From positions 1-24,000 of the forward strand of contig QMXU01000001.1 in NCBI GenBank assembly GCA_003662305.1: DNA of 24,000 nucleotides, written 5' to 3'. Shown piece by piece: positions 8,145 to 14,033 of this stretch (positions are counted from its first letter, which is position 1; each line of letters begins with the position of its first letter). The DNA is from Candidatus Hecatellales archaeon (GTDB lineage Archaea; Thermoproteota; Bathyarchaeia; Hecatellales; Hecatellaceae). The translations under genes and the position numbers were made by a program. Under the pieces are notes generated by a model, which made no database searches, was not told the DNA's origin, and worked only from the letters and a program-made list of their open reading frames with translations.

Positions 8145-8309
8145 GGCAGTGTAAGAGCTGGTTCAGAGTCTGGCAGGCTGCAACTCCAGCCCAGCCAGCG
8201 GGTGGCAACCCCCGAGGAAGCCGAACAGCTTATCGCAGAAGGATGGATATACATTGCAACCCTGCCAAACGGCAAGGTCGTCCTCAGCCGATGTCTGGAA
8301 AAACAGTAG
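8145..8309 (+). pseudogene. Start-less ORF fragment ending 1 nt before the tRNA-Ala 3-prime end; possible gene remnant or 35-aa GTG-initiated micro-ORF (8202-8309)
   Basis: The frame is open from the stop at 8142-8144 and reads ...GRLQLQPSQRVATPEEAEQLIAEGWIYIATLPNGKVVLSRCLEKQ*. The last ~33 residues look like a real helix plus beta-hairpin protein tail. There is no ATG, and the only canonical start is GTG at 8202. It is too short for the ORF track. Confidence 0.3.
8299..8303 (-). terminator. Oligo-T tract (TTTTT on the minus strand) just downstream of tRNA-Ala
   Basis: The minus strand reads ...CCA CTACTGTTTTTCC. Archaeal RNAP terminates at oligo-T runs. Confidence 0.35.
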
Positions 8310-8387
8310 TGGTGGACCGGGCGGGACTTGAACCCGCGACCTCCCGGATGCCAACCGGACGTTCATTCCAGGCTGAACTACCGGCCC
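8310..8387 (-). tRNA. tRNA-Ala (anticodon GGC), 78 nt with genomically encoded CCA, no intron
   Basis: I folded it by hand from GGGCCGGTAGTTCAGCCTGGAATGAACGTCCGGTTGGCATCCGGGAGGTCGCGGGTTCAAGTCCCGCCCGGTCCACCA. It has a 7-bp acceptor stem with the G3:U70 alanine identity pair and a 4-bp D stem. It also has a 5-bp anticodon stem with loop TTGGCAT (anticodon GGC), a 5-nt variable loop and a 5-bp T stem with TTCAAGT loop. Confidence 0.93.
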
Positions 8388-8475
8388 TTATACTGTTTAG
8401 GGTTGGCATCGTTCTAGTTTTCAGGTTGAGGGTGGATTTAAACTTTACAAAGACGAGAATATGAAGCCTTCAGCT

Positions 8476-8622
8476 TTACGGTTTGAAGGTTTTCTTGAGT
8501 TTTTTCGATGCTCCGTACCCGCAGGCTGAGCAGCGTTTTTTGCGGATGTGGTAGGTGTGGCGTCCGCATCGGCGGCATCGACGGTGGACGGGCTTGTTGA
8601 ACTTTCCCATGTTGATAGCCAT
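8476..8622 (-). CDS. rpl37e: 50S ribosomal protein L37e (eL37), 48 aa zinc-ribbon protein
   Basis: It is not in the ORF track because it is too short. The minus-strand translation is [48 protein letters not shown], with the CX2C...CX2C eL37 pattern. A GAGGTGG Shine-Dalgarno sits ~7 nt upstream of the ATG. It lies immediately downstream of the Sm gene, as in the conserved archaeal Sm-L37e pair. Confidence 0.9.
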   Translation of the reverse strand: MAINMGKFNKPVHRRCRRCGRHTYHIRKKRCSACGYGASKKLKKTFKP

Positions 8623-8647
8623 CTTCTATCCACCTCTTTACCAGGGT

Positions 8648-8881
8648 TCAGCCTGTTTTGGGAGGTGAGATGAGGATGACGTTGTCTCCTCTGACGATTA
8701 TGGTTCCAAGCTTGTCGGCTTTGTCGGCTGAGGATACGTCTTCCGCTTCGCCCAGCAGAAGGTTCATATGCTGGTCGAATCCCTGCAGTTTTCCACGGAT
8801 GCTTCTTCCACCCTTCAGTTTAACCAGCACGATTTTCCCAAGACTTTCTTCCAGCAGTTTTGTCGCCATATCCTCGGGCAT
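8648..8881 (-). CDS. Sm-like (LSm) archaeal protein, SmAP1 type
   Basis: VLVKLKGGRSIRGKLQGFDQHMNLLLGEAED...IIVRGDNVILISP contains the Sm1 and Sm2 motifs. Confidence 0.92.
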   Translation of the reverse strand: MPEDMATKLLEESLGKIVLVKLKGGRSIRGKLQGFDQHMNLLLGEAEDVSSADKADKLGTIIVRGDNVILISPPKTG

Positions 8882-8902
8882 GAGATGTCCTCCAACGTCG
8901 GC

Positions 8903-8918
8903 GGAGGCTTGAGCCTCC
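8903..8918. promoter_or_regulatory. Perfect 16-bp palindrome GGAGGCTTGAGCCTCC between the shared TATA element and the Sm gene start
   Basis: 7-bp arms flank a 2-bp centre, read directly from the sequence. It lies about 22-37 nt upstream of the Sm ATG (8881) and downstream, in the minus sense, of TTTAAAA at 8924-8930. Confidence 0.4.
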
Positions 8919-8923
8919 AGACA

Positions 8924-8930
8924 TTTTAAA
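8924..8930. promoter_or_regulatory. TATA-like element TTTTAAA in the divergent Sm / PUA-protein intergenic region
   Basis: It is the only strongly AT-rich box in the 88-bp divergent spacer. It lies ~43 nt from the Sm ATG and ~40 nt from the PUA-gene TTG start, so it could serve either or both directions. Confidence 0.35.
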
Positions 8931-8969
8931 GCTTAACTTGTTGAAATAGTTTTAGGTGGAAACAGCGGG

Positions 8970-9461
8970 TTGAGGAGGCATTTCATCAAGGTTAAAGATT
9001 TCAGGAGGCTGCTTGAAAGCCTTCCTGAACCTCTTGGGGACAGGCTATCGCAAGGTCTTCCTAAAAAGTTCAATGTTGAGGTTGGGGAGGCTGAGGAGGG
9101 CTTCAAGGTATACTTGGTTGATGGTAAGCCTCTTCTCCTCGTGGATGGAGATGGAAGGGTTATGCCTCCTCTAACAGCCTCCGAAAGCCTTGCTATGCTT
9201 CCCCGAGTGGTGGTAGACAGGGGGGCGATACCTCATATTTGCAATGGGGCTGACGTTATGCGCCCCGGCATCGTTCAGGTTGAAGGAGAGTTCGACGGGA
9301 AATCGCTGGTTGTCGTGGTTGACGTTGACCACCGAAAGCCCTTAGCCTTAGGCGTGGCTCTGCTTTCCTCCCGGGAGGTTAGACGCTGCGAAAAAGGCAA
9401 AATGGTTAAAACAATCCACTATGTGGGAGATAAAATTTGGAATCTTTATAGAAATCTTTAG
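8970..9461 (+). CDS. PUA-domain RNA-binding protein (MCT-1/Tma20-like archaeal family)
   Basis: The C-terminal part VVVDRGAIPHICNGADVMRPGIVQVEGEFDGKSLVVVVDVDHRKPLALGVALLSSRE...KGKMVKTIHYVGDKIW is a typical PUA domain. TTG at 8970 is the only canonical start after an in-frame stop at 8934. Confidence 0.72.
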   Translation: MRRHFIKVKDFRRLLESLPEPLGDRLSQGLPKKFNVEVGEAEEGFKVYLVDGKPLLLVDGDGRVMPPLTASESLAMLPRVVVDRGAIPHICNGADVMRPGIVQVEGEFDGKSLVVVVDVDHRKPLALGVALLSSREVRRCEKGKMVKTIHYVGDKIWNLYRNL

Positions 9462-9616
9462 GGCGTAAAAGCCTCTTATATTCTGCGTCAAGCCCTCTAG
9501 AAAGTATTATATTTGAGTATAAAGGCTTTATAGTTGAATTGGGGAGAAGCTATAAATAGTGTAAAGTTAGGTCCGGCGTCAGCCGGCTCTTGGGGGCTGG
9601 ATAGGAGAAGGTTAAT

Positions 9617-9925
9617 TTGAACTCCCAGCCTATGCCTGTTCAGGCTGAAGGAAAGTCTGAAGAGAAGCCTTTAGCCTACGTTAAAGCCTTACCGTTGAAG
9701 GAGTATAACGACCTCGAGAAGATTAAGGCTGAGCTTAGGGATGGAAACGTTCTGATAGTTAAGCTTACCCCCCTAGCCATAAGCAGCATTGAGGCTGTTA
9801 AAGACGCTATAGAAGAGCTTAAAGCCTTCGTGGAAACCATCGGCGGGGACATAGCACGCCTGGGAGAGGAGAGAATAGTTCTAACTCCCCCCACCATCAA
9901 AATATGGCGTAAGAAAACTCAGTAA
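9617..9925 (+). CDS. sepF: Cell division protein SepF (DUF552) homologue
   Basis: YVKALPLKEYNDLEKIKAELRDGNVLIVKLTPLA...AIEELKAFVETIGGDIARLGEERIVLTPPTIKI fits the SepF core pattern. GGAGAAGG lies upstream of the TTG start at 9617, and ATG at 9632 is an alternative start. Confidence 0.68.
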   Translation: MNSQPMPVQAEGKSEEKPLAYVKALPLKEYNDLEKIKAELRDGNVLIVKLTPLAISSIEAVKDAIEELKAFVETIGGDIARLGEERIVLTPPTIKIWRKKTQ

Positions 9926-11877
9926 AGCCTAAGGGTTTCAAGGTTCTCAGGCGCATCACTGCTTATTTTGAACATTCGCTCGACCGTTGAGCTTAGGTCC
10001 AGACACTTCGATTTCTCACCGTGGCCTACCACAACCCTGTGAGGCCTCGGATTCAAACGTTTAACGTAGTTTAGTAGCTGGCTTCTGTCGCTGTGCCCTG
10101 AGAAGCCTTCCACCGATTCAACTCTGAGCTTCACGTTTATCACTTCAACCTTGCCTTCATGGTTTATCATGGTTACATCTCTCATTCCGCTTTGAAGCCG
10201 CCTGCCAAGGGTTCCCTCTATCTGGTAGCTTACCAGGATAACCATGTTCCTACTGTCGGAGGCAAGCTCGCGGAAGTATTCTATGGCAGGCCCCCCTTCA
10301 AGCATTCCGGAGGTGGCTAGGATTATGCAGGGAGGCCCTGTTATCACCTCGCTTCTGGCGTCAGCATTCTTAATGTTTACGAAATATTCAGACTGGAAAG
10401 GGTTAACATTCTCGTGGAGGATCATGTTCTGAATTTCCTTTGACATGTATTCAGGGTAGGCTGTGTGGATGGCTGTAACCTCGTTGACCATTCCTTCGAT
10501 GTAGATGGGTGCCTCCGGGATTTTCCCTCCACGCATATACTGGTTAAGCACGAGCATTATTTCTTGGGCTCTTCCAACCGCCAGCACGGGAACCAAGACT
10601 TTGCCTCCAGCCTTCAGGGTTTCAGCAACCAGTGAGGCGAATCTTTCTTCCACCTCGCGGCGTGGAGGCATAAGGTCCTCCGGCGAGCCGTAGGTTGACT
10701 CCATGATTAGGGTTTCAACCCTTGGAAAGCTGGCTACAGCTGACTCCAGCAGCATGGTTTTAGCGAACTTGAAGTCTCCCGTGTAAACTATGTTGTGGAG
10801 GCCTTCTCCAATGTGCAGGTGAACTATGGCTGAACCTAGAATATGGCCGGCATTGTGGAGGGTTAACTTGACGTCTGGCGCAATGTCGGTGACTATTCCA
10901 TACCTTAAAGGTATGGTGTGCAAGACCATTTCCCGGACGTCTTTCTGGTCGTAGGGTGGAATTACACCTTCCCTTGAGAGCACATCCAAGTAGTCAAGCT
11001 GGAGGAGAGACATAAGGCTTAAAGTCGGCTCAGAGCAGTACACCGGCCCGTCGTACCCGTACTTGTACAGGAAGGGTAGAAGCCCGCAGTGGTCTAAGTG
11101 GGCATGTGAAATGACGACGGCGTCGAGGCTTGAAAGGTCGAACTCGTTCAGGTCTATCCTAGGGAAGCTGTCTTCGGGGTTGAGGGTTCCAGGGTTTATT
11201 CCGCAGTCTAAGAGGATGCTGCTTTCACGTGTCCGCACTAGGATGGCTGAACGTCCAACCTGGCGGAAGCCTCCGAGAAGGGTTACCAGCACCTCCTGGC
11301 TCTTGTAGAGGGGGGTTCTGAAGATTCTTTCGCCAACGTTTCTCAGGATACGCTGGCGTTCTTTTACTTCCTGGTATAGGTAGTGGCGGATGTGAGCTAT
11401 TATCTTGGAGGGTATGGGTGGAGCTCTGAGGATTCTGGGCCTCCACTTGGTAACCTTGATTATTTCCTGGAGGGTTGCACCGTTCTTTGATATTACAAGG
11501 CCTGGCTTCTTGGCTTCGATAACCACTTCTCCAATATTTTGGTCGAAGAGTATGTTGGTTATTTCAGCTTCCTCGGGAACTATGGAGCGGATGAATTTCT
11601 CAGCTTCCTCAGGCTTCATCCGGATGCTTGGGTCTGAACGCAGCGTTATACGCTTCCTTATGAGGCTGACGATGTCAGAGACAATATAGCTTTGGCTGAG
11701 CAGGATTTCAGGCTTCTTCGTGTAGATGGCAAGCCTCGGCCCTTCAAATTCAACCCTGGTTATCTCGGCTTCCCTAGGAACATGCTGGAGGATAATCTGC
11801 ATTATCTTCGCTTGGGTTGTTTCAGCAGGCTGAGCCTGACTCTGGTCGACCTTAGAACTGGACCTCGAACTAGGCAT
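9919..11877 (-). CDS. fttA: aCPSF1: KH-domain beta-CASP metallo-beta-lactamase ribonuclease (archaeal transcription termination factor FttA family)
   Basis: It has N-terminal tandem KH-like segments (ITRVEFEGPRLAIYTKKPE, ITNILFDQNIGEVVIEAKKPG). The metallo-beta-lactamase motif is VVISHAHLDHCG. The beta-CASP and C-terminal motifs are ESTYG, ATSGMLEGG and GFSGHSD. It is 652 aa and overlaps psmB by 8 nt, a conserved pairing. Confidence 0.92.
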   Translation of the reverse strand: MPSSRSSSKVDQSQAQPAETTQAKIMQIILQHVPREAEITRVEFEGPRLAIYTKKPEILLSQSYIVSDIVSLIRKRITLRSDPSIRMKPEEAEKFIRSIVPEEAEITNILFDQNIGEVVIEAKKPGLVISKNGATLQEIIKVTKWRPRILRAPPIPSKIIAHIRHYLYQEVKERQRILRNVGERIFRTPLYKSQEVLVTLLGGFRQVGRSAILVRTRESSILLDCGINPGTLNPEDSFPRIDLNEFDLSSLDAVVISHAHLDHCGLLPFLYKYGYDGPVYCSEPTLSLMSLLQLDYLDVLSREGVIPPYDQKDVREMVLHTIPLRYGIVTDIAPDVKLTLHNAGHILGSAIVHLHIGEGLHNIVYTGDFKFAKTMLLESAVASFPRVETLIMESTYGSPEDLMPPRREVEERFASLVAETLKAGGKVLVPVLAVGRAQEIMLVLNQYMRGGKIPEAPIYIEGMVNEVTAIHTAYPEYMSKEIQNMILHENVNPFQSEYFVNIKNADARSEVITGPPCIILATSGMLEGGPAIEYFRELASDSRNMVILVSYQIEGTLGRRLQSGMRDVTMINHEGKVEVINVKLRVESVEGFSGHSDRSQLLNYVKRLNPRPHRVVVGHGEKSKCLDLSSTVERMFKISSDAPENLETLRLY

Positions 11878-12526
11878 ACTTAGCCTTTTCCTCCTCGCTG
11901 AGCTCCTTGAAGCCTTTACTGTCTATGATGGCGACGTCGAAACTGTCCCCGCTGGCGGCATCCCGCCGCATAGCAGCCTTAACAGCCTTAACCATCAGCG
12001 GGACAGCTTCCTCAACAGTCATATCCTCTTTATATCCGTCCTCAAGAATGCCGAAGGCAACAGGCGAGCCGGAGCCCGTGGCAAAAAACTTTTTCTCTTC
12101 AGTCAGGCTTCCGAAGGGGTCAAGCGAGAAGATGTGCGGCCCTTCGCTGTCCACTCCGGCGATTATAGCTTGGATGATTAGGGGTAGAAGCCTGTTATAG
12201 AAGAGGACGTTGGATGCAAGCCTTGCAGCTGAAGCTACAGGCATGGGGCGTTTGTTGTTAAGCTTGTAGAGGCTTGCGTTAACCCTTAGAATTTCCAGTA
12301 CGGCTTGAGCGTCCGCTACGACGCCTGCCATGGTCATGGCTAGGTGGTCGTCTATTCTGTGAACTTTTTTTCCGTGTTTGTGGGCTATGAAGTATCCCAT
12401 GGTAACCCTTGTATCGGTGGCCAGCACTACACCGTCCTTGCATACAGCACCGACAGTGGTGGTTCCCTTATACTGTAGGCTGCTTGCCTTTTCACGCCAA
12501 TCTGGATGGTACATAACAGGCTGCAA
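11870..12526 (-). CDS. psmB: Proteasome subunit beta (with propeptide)
   Basis: The propeptide is followed by GTTTVGAVCKDGVVLATDTRVT, which carries the catalytic Thr after processing, and later by GSGS. This is typical of the archaeal 20S beta subunit. Confidence 0.92.
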   Translation of the reverse strand: MQPVMYHPDWREKASSLQYKGTTTVGAVCKDGVVLATDTRVTMGYFIAHKHGKKVHRIDDHLAMTMAGVVADAQAVLEILRVNASLYKLNNKRPMPVASAARLASNVLFYNRLLPLIIQAIIAGVDSEGPHIFSLDPFGSLTEEKKFFATGSGSPVAFGILEDGYKEDMTVEEAVPLMVKAVKAAMRRDAASGDSFDVAIIDSKGFKELSEEEKAKYA

Positions 12527-12552
12527 CTCCCACCGTTGTTTAAGCTTCAGTC

Positions 12553-12573
12553 GGCTTAAAACAGGCTTAAAAC
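12553..12573. repeat. Tandem direct repeat GGCTTAAAAC x2 (11-nt period) upstream of psmB
   Basis: Read directly from the sequence. On the minus strand each copy gives GTTTTAAGCC, a TATA-like box ~32 and ~43 nt upstream of the psmB ATG (12526). Confidence 0.35.
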
Positions 12574-12684
12574 CTATGGAAGGAGGTCTGTACTTTTTGA
12601 ATACCCAACGTAAGATAAAAACATTACTCTTAACAGGACGGTGAACCCTTCAGCCAGACAAACCCTTTCAAGAACCCTTGAAAA

Positions 12685-12698
12685 ATAAAAATTTAAAA
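12685..12698 (+). promoter_or_regulatory. TATA-like element ATAAAAATTTAAAA upstream of the UPF0179 gene
   Basis: It is centred ~33 nt upstream of the ATG at 12725. Confidence 0.4.
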
Positions 12699-12724
12699 CC
12701 GAGGTTCCCCTAGAGAGACTTGGG

Positions 12725-13174
12725 ATGGCCGGTAAAATCTTCACCTTTTTAAGCGAAAAGCTTGCTAAAACAGGATACATTTTCATCTATGAGGGAGAGG
12801 CGACTCCCTGCGTTGAATGCGAATTCTACAAGGTCTGCCATGGAAAGCTTAAACCTAACATGGCCTACCGGGTTGTGGAGGTTAAAGACAAGAAGGTTGA
12901 ATGTCCTGTTTTAGGTCCATCCTGCCTGGTGAGGGTTGAGCAGGCTGAGATTGAGGCTGCCGTTGAAGTTAAACAGGCTTTAGAGGGAGCCTTAATCAGG
13001 TTTAACCCACAGGAGTGCGGGCTGCTTACATGCCAGTACTTTAACCTGTGCGTTCCCGTAGGGCTTGAAGGCGGGAATAAAGCCTGTAAAATAGTCGGTG
13101 TTTCGGAGGCTTTCACTTGCCCTCAGAGGGGGGTGAGGCTTGCCCGGGTTTCTCTTCAGCTTCAGAAGGCTTAG
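12725..13174 (+). CDS. UPF0179-family conserved archaeal Cys-rich protein of unknown function
   Basis: EKLAKTGYIFIYEGEATPCVECEFYKVCHGKLKPNMAYRVVEVKDKKVECPVLG, plus later Cys residues, resembles the UPF0179 family as I recall it. The ~150 aa length fits. Confidence 0.6.
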   Translation: MAGKIFTFLSEKLAKTGYIFIYEGEATPCVECEFYKVCHGKLKPNMAYRVVEVKDKKVECPVLGPSCLVRVEQAEIEAAVEVKQALEGALIRFNPQECGLLTCQYFNLCVPVGLEGGNKACKIVGVSEAFTCPQRGVRLARVSLQLQKA

Positions 13175-13919
13175 CTTCAGCCTCCTTCTTTCTTTCAGGC
13201 TCTTTACGCCGGTAGGTTTCGATGAAGGTTATGGATTTCACCTCTGGGATCAGCTTGAAAACGTCAACGGTTAATCCTCGCTTGGAGGGTTGAAGCCCGT
13301 CAACTATTAGGGCTTCCTCCGGTAAGAAAATCTTAAGTTCGCCTTCACCTGAAAATTCAAGGCTTACTTTCTCGACGGGGATAGCGGGAATTCTTCTGTG
13401 GAGTAGGGATTTAACTTTTTCCTCGAGGGTTTCAAGCTTCTGTTTAACTTCAACCTCGTAGATTAGGGTTCGCCCTGCCAGGGGTAGGTTGAAGTCTACT
13501 TGAACTCTTCCGGCTCCCACGCTTCTGACCACGGCGAGTTTCCCGTCTATTTCAACCTCTAACCCTGGGTAGGGGGTGATATCTTTCTCCCTAAACTTTC
13601 TTAAGGGTATAAGCTTCAGCTTCGACGGGTCTCTAACCCCGAAGCCTTTTTCAGGCGGAACCTCCAAGGTTGCTTTTTTACCTACTTCTAGGCCTTCCAG
13701 CTGCTCGTCTAGGCCCTTTAAAACCCAGCCTTCACCCACCACGACCAGCATAGGCTCGTACACCGTGTTTTCCCGGTAGATTTTCGCTTCTCTGGCAACG
13801 TCGGCTATGCTTGTATCGAAAACCTCACCTGTCTCTTTAACCTTAGCCACATAGTCTATGAGGATGAAGTCTCCCTTCTCCACCGGCAACAATTCCCCCT
13901 CCAACAGGGATATTTCCAA
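13113..13919 (-). CDS. Long-type FKBP peptidyl-prolyl cis-trans isomerase (SlyD-like, IF-domain insert) with charged low-complexity C-terminal tail
   Basis: The FKBP core and flap are GDFILIDYVAKVKETGEVFDTS...VVVGEGWVLKGLDEQLEGLEVGKKATLEVPPEKGFG...GRVQVDFNLPLAGRTLIYEVEV. The tail is RRKEPERKKEAEAKPSEAEEKPGQASPPSEGK. The start is TTG. Confidence 0.82.
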   Translation of the reverse strand: MEISLLEGELLPVEKGDFILIDYVAKVKETGEVFDTSIADVAREAKIYRENTVYEPMLVVVGEGWVLKGLDEQLEGLEVGKKATLEVPPEKGFGVRDPSKLKLIPLRKFREKDITPYPGLEVEIDGKLAVVRSVGAGRVQVDFNLPLAGRTLIYEVEVKQKLETLEEKVKSLLHRRIPAIPVEKVSLEFSGEGELKIFLPEEALIVDGLQPSKRGLTVDVFKLIPEVKSITFIETYRRKEPERKKEAEAKPSEAEEKPGQASPPSEGK

Positions 13920-13997
13920 GATTTCGCTGGCATAATATTTTAAGGTTTGGAAGGAGTAATCTTAATAAAATTCATAGTTCTTTAAAGATTTCAAAGG

Positions 13998-14007
13998 AAA
14001 AATTAAA
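13998..14007 (+). promoter_or_regulatory. TATA-like element AAAAATTAAA upstream of the CoA operon
   Basis: It is centred ~31 nt upstream of the pantoate kinase ATG (14034), within a 114-bp AT-rich divergent spacer shared with the FKBP gene. Confidence 0.4.
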
Positions 14008-14033
14008 CATCCCAAAAGGCGAAGCCCTAAAGA

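Noticed and set aside
7470-8160. Search for a direct repeat of the tRNA-Ala 3-prime half (att site) at the far side of the AT-rich islet.
   Set aside because: Only a 6-nt match (CTTGAA near 7650) was seen by eye, so no credible att repeat exists. The integrated-element idea is therefore kept at modest interest only.
8172-8266. Long-range complementarity (GGCAGG/CCTGCC plus TGCAA/TTGCA), and a GAGGAAGCC stretch vaguely reminiscent of the RNase P CR-I GAGGAAAGUCC. This raised the idea of an ncRNA next to the tRNA.
   Set aside because: No further conserved RNase P, SRP or C/D-box motifs could be found, and only ~11 bp of pairing is present. The same region also reads as a protein-like frame. 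It is kept only as an alternative inside the ORF-fragment finding.
8163-8464. Track ORFs 8163-8366 (minus, 67 aa) and 8243-8464 (plus, 73 aa).
   Set aside because: Both run straight through the hand-folded tRNA-Ala gene (8310-8387). Their translations have no protein-like motif, so they are spurious.
8445-8633. Track ORF of 62 aa on the minus strand ([25 protein letters not shown]...).
   Set aside because: It is an out-of-frame shadow of the real 48-aa L37e gene (8476-8622). That gene has a zinc-ribbon signature and a Shine-Dalgarno; the shadow ORF is low-complexity.
9462-9616. 155-nt spacer upstream of sepF, with several TATA-like boxes and a small GC hairpin (CCGGC-GTCA-GCCGG, 9573-9586), considered as a possible small RNA.
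   Set aside because: The stem is 5 bp only, and no C/D or H/ACA boxes are present. It is most simply a promoter plus 5-prime UTR.
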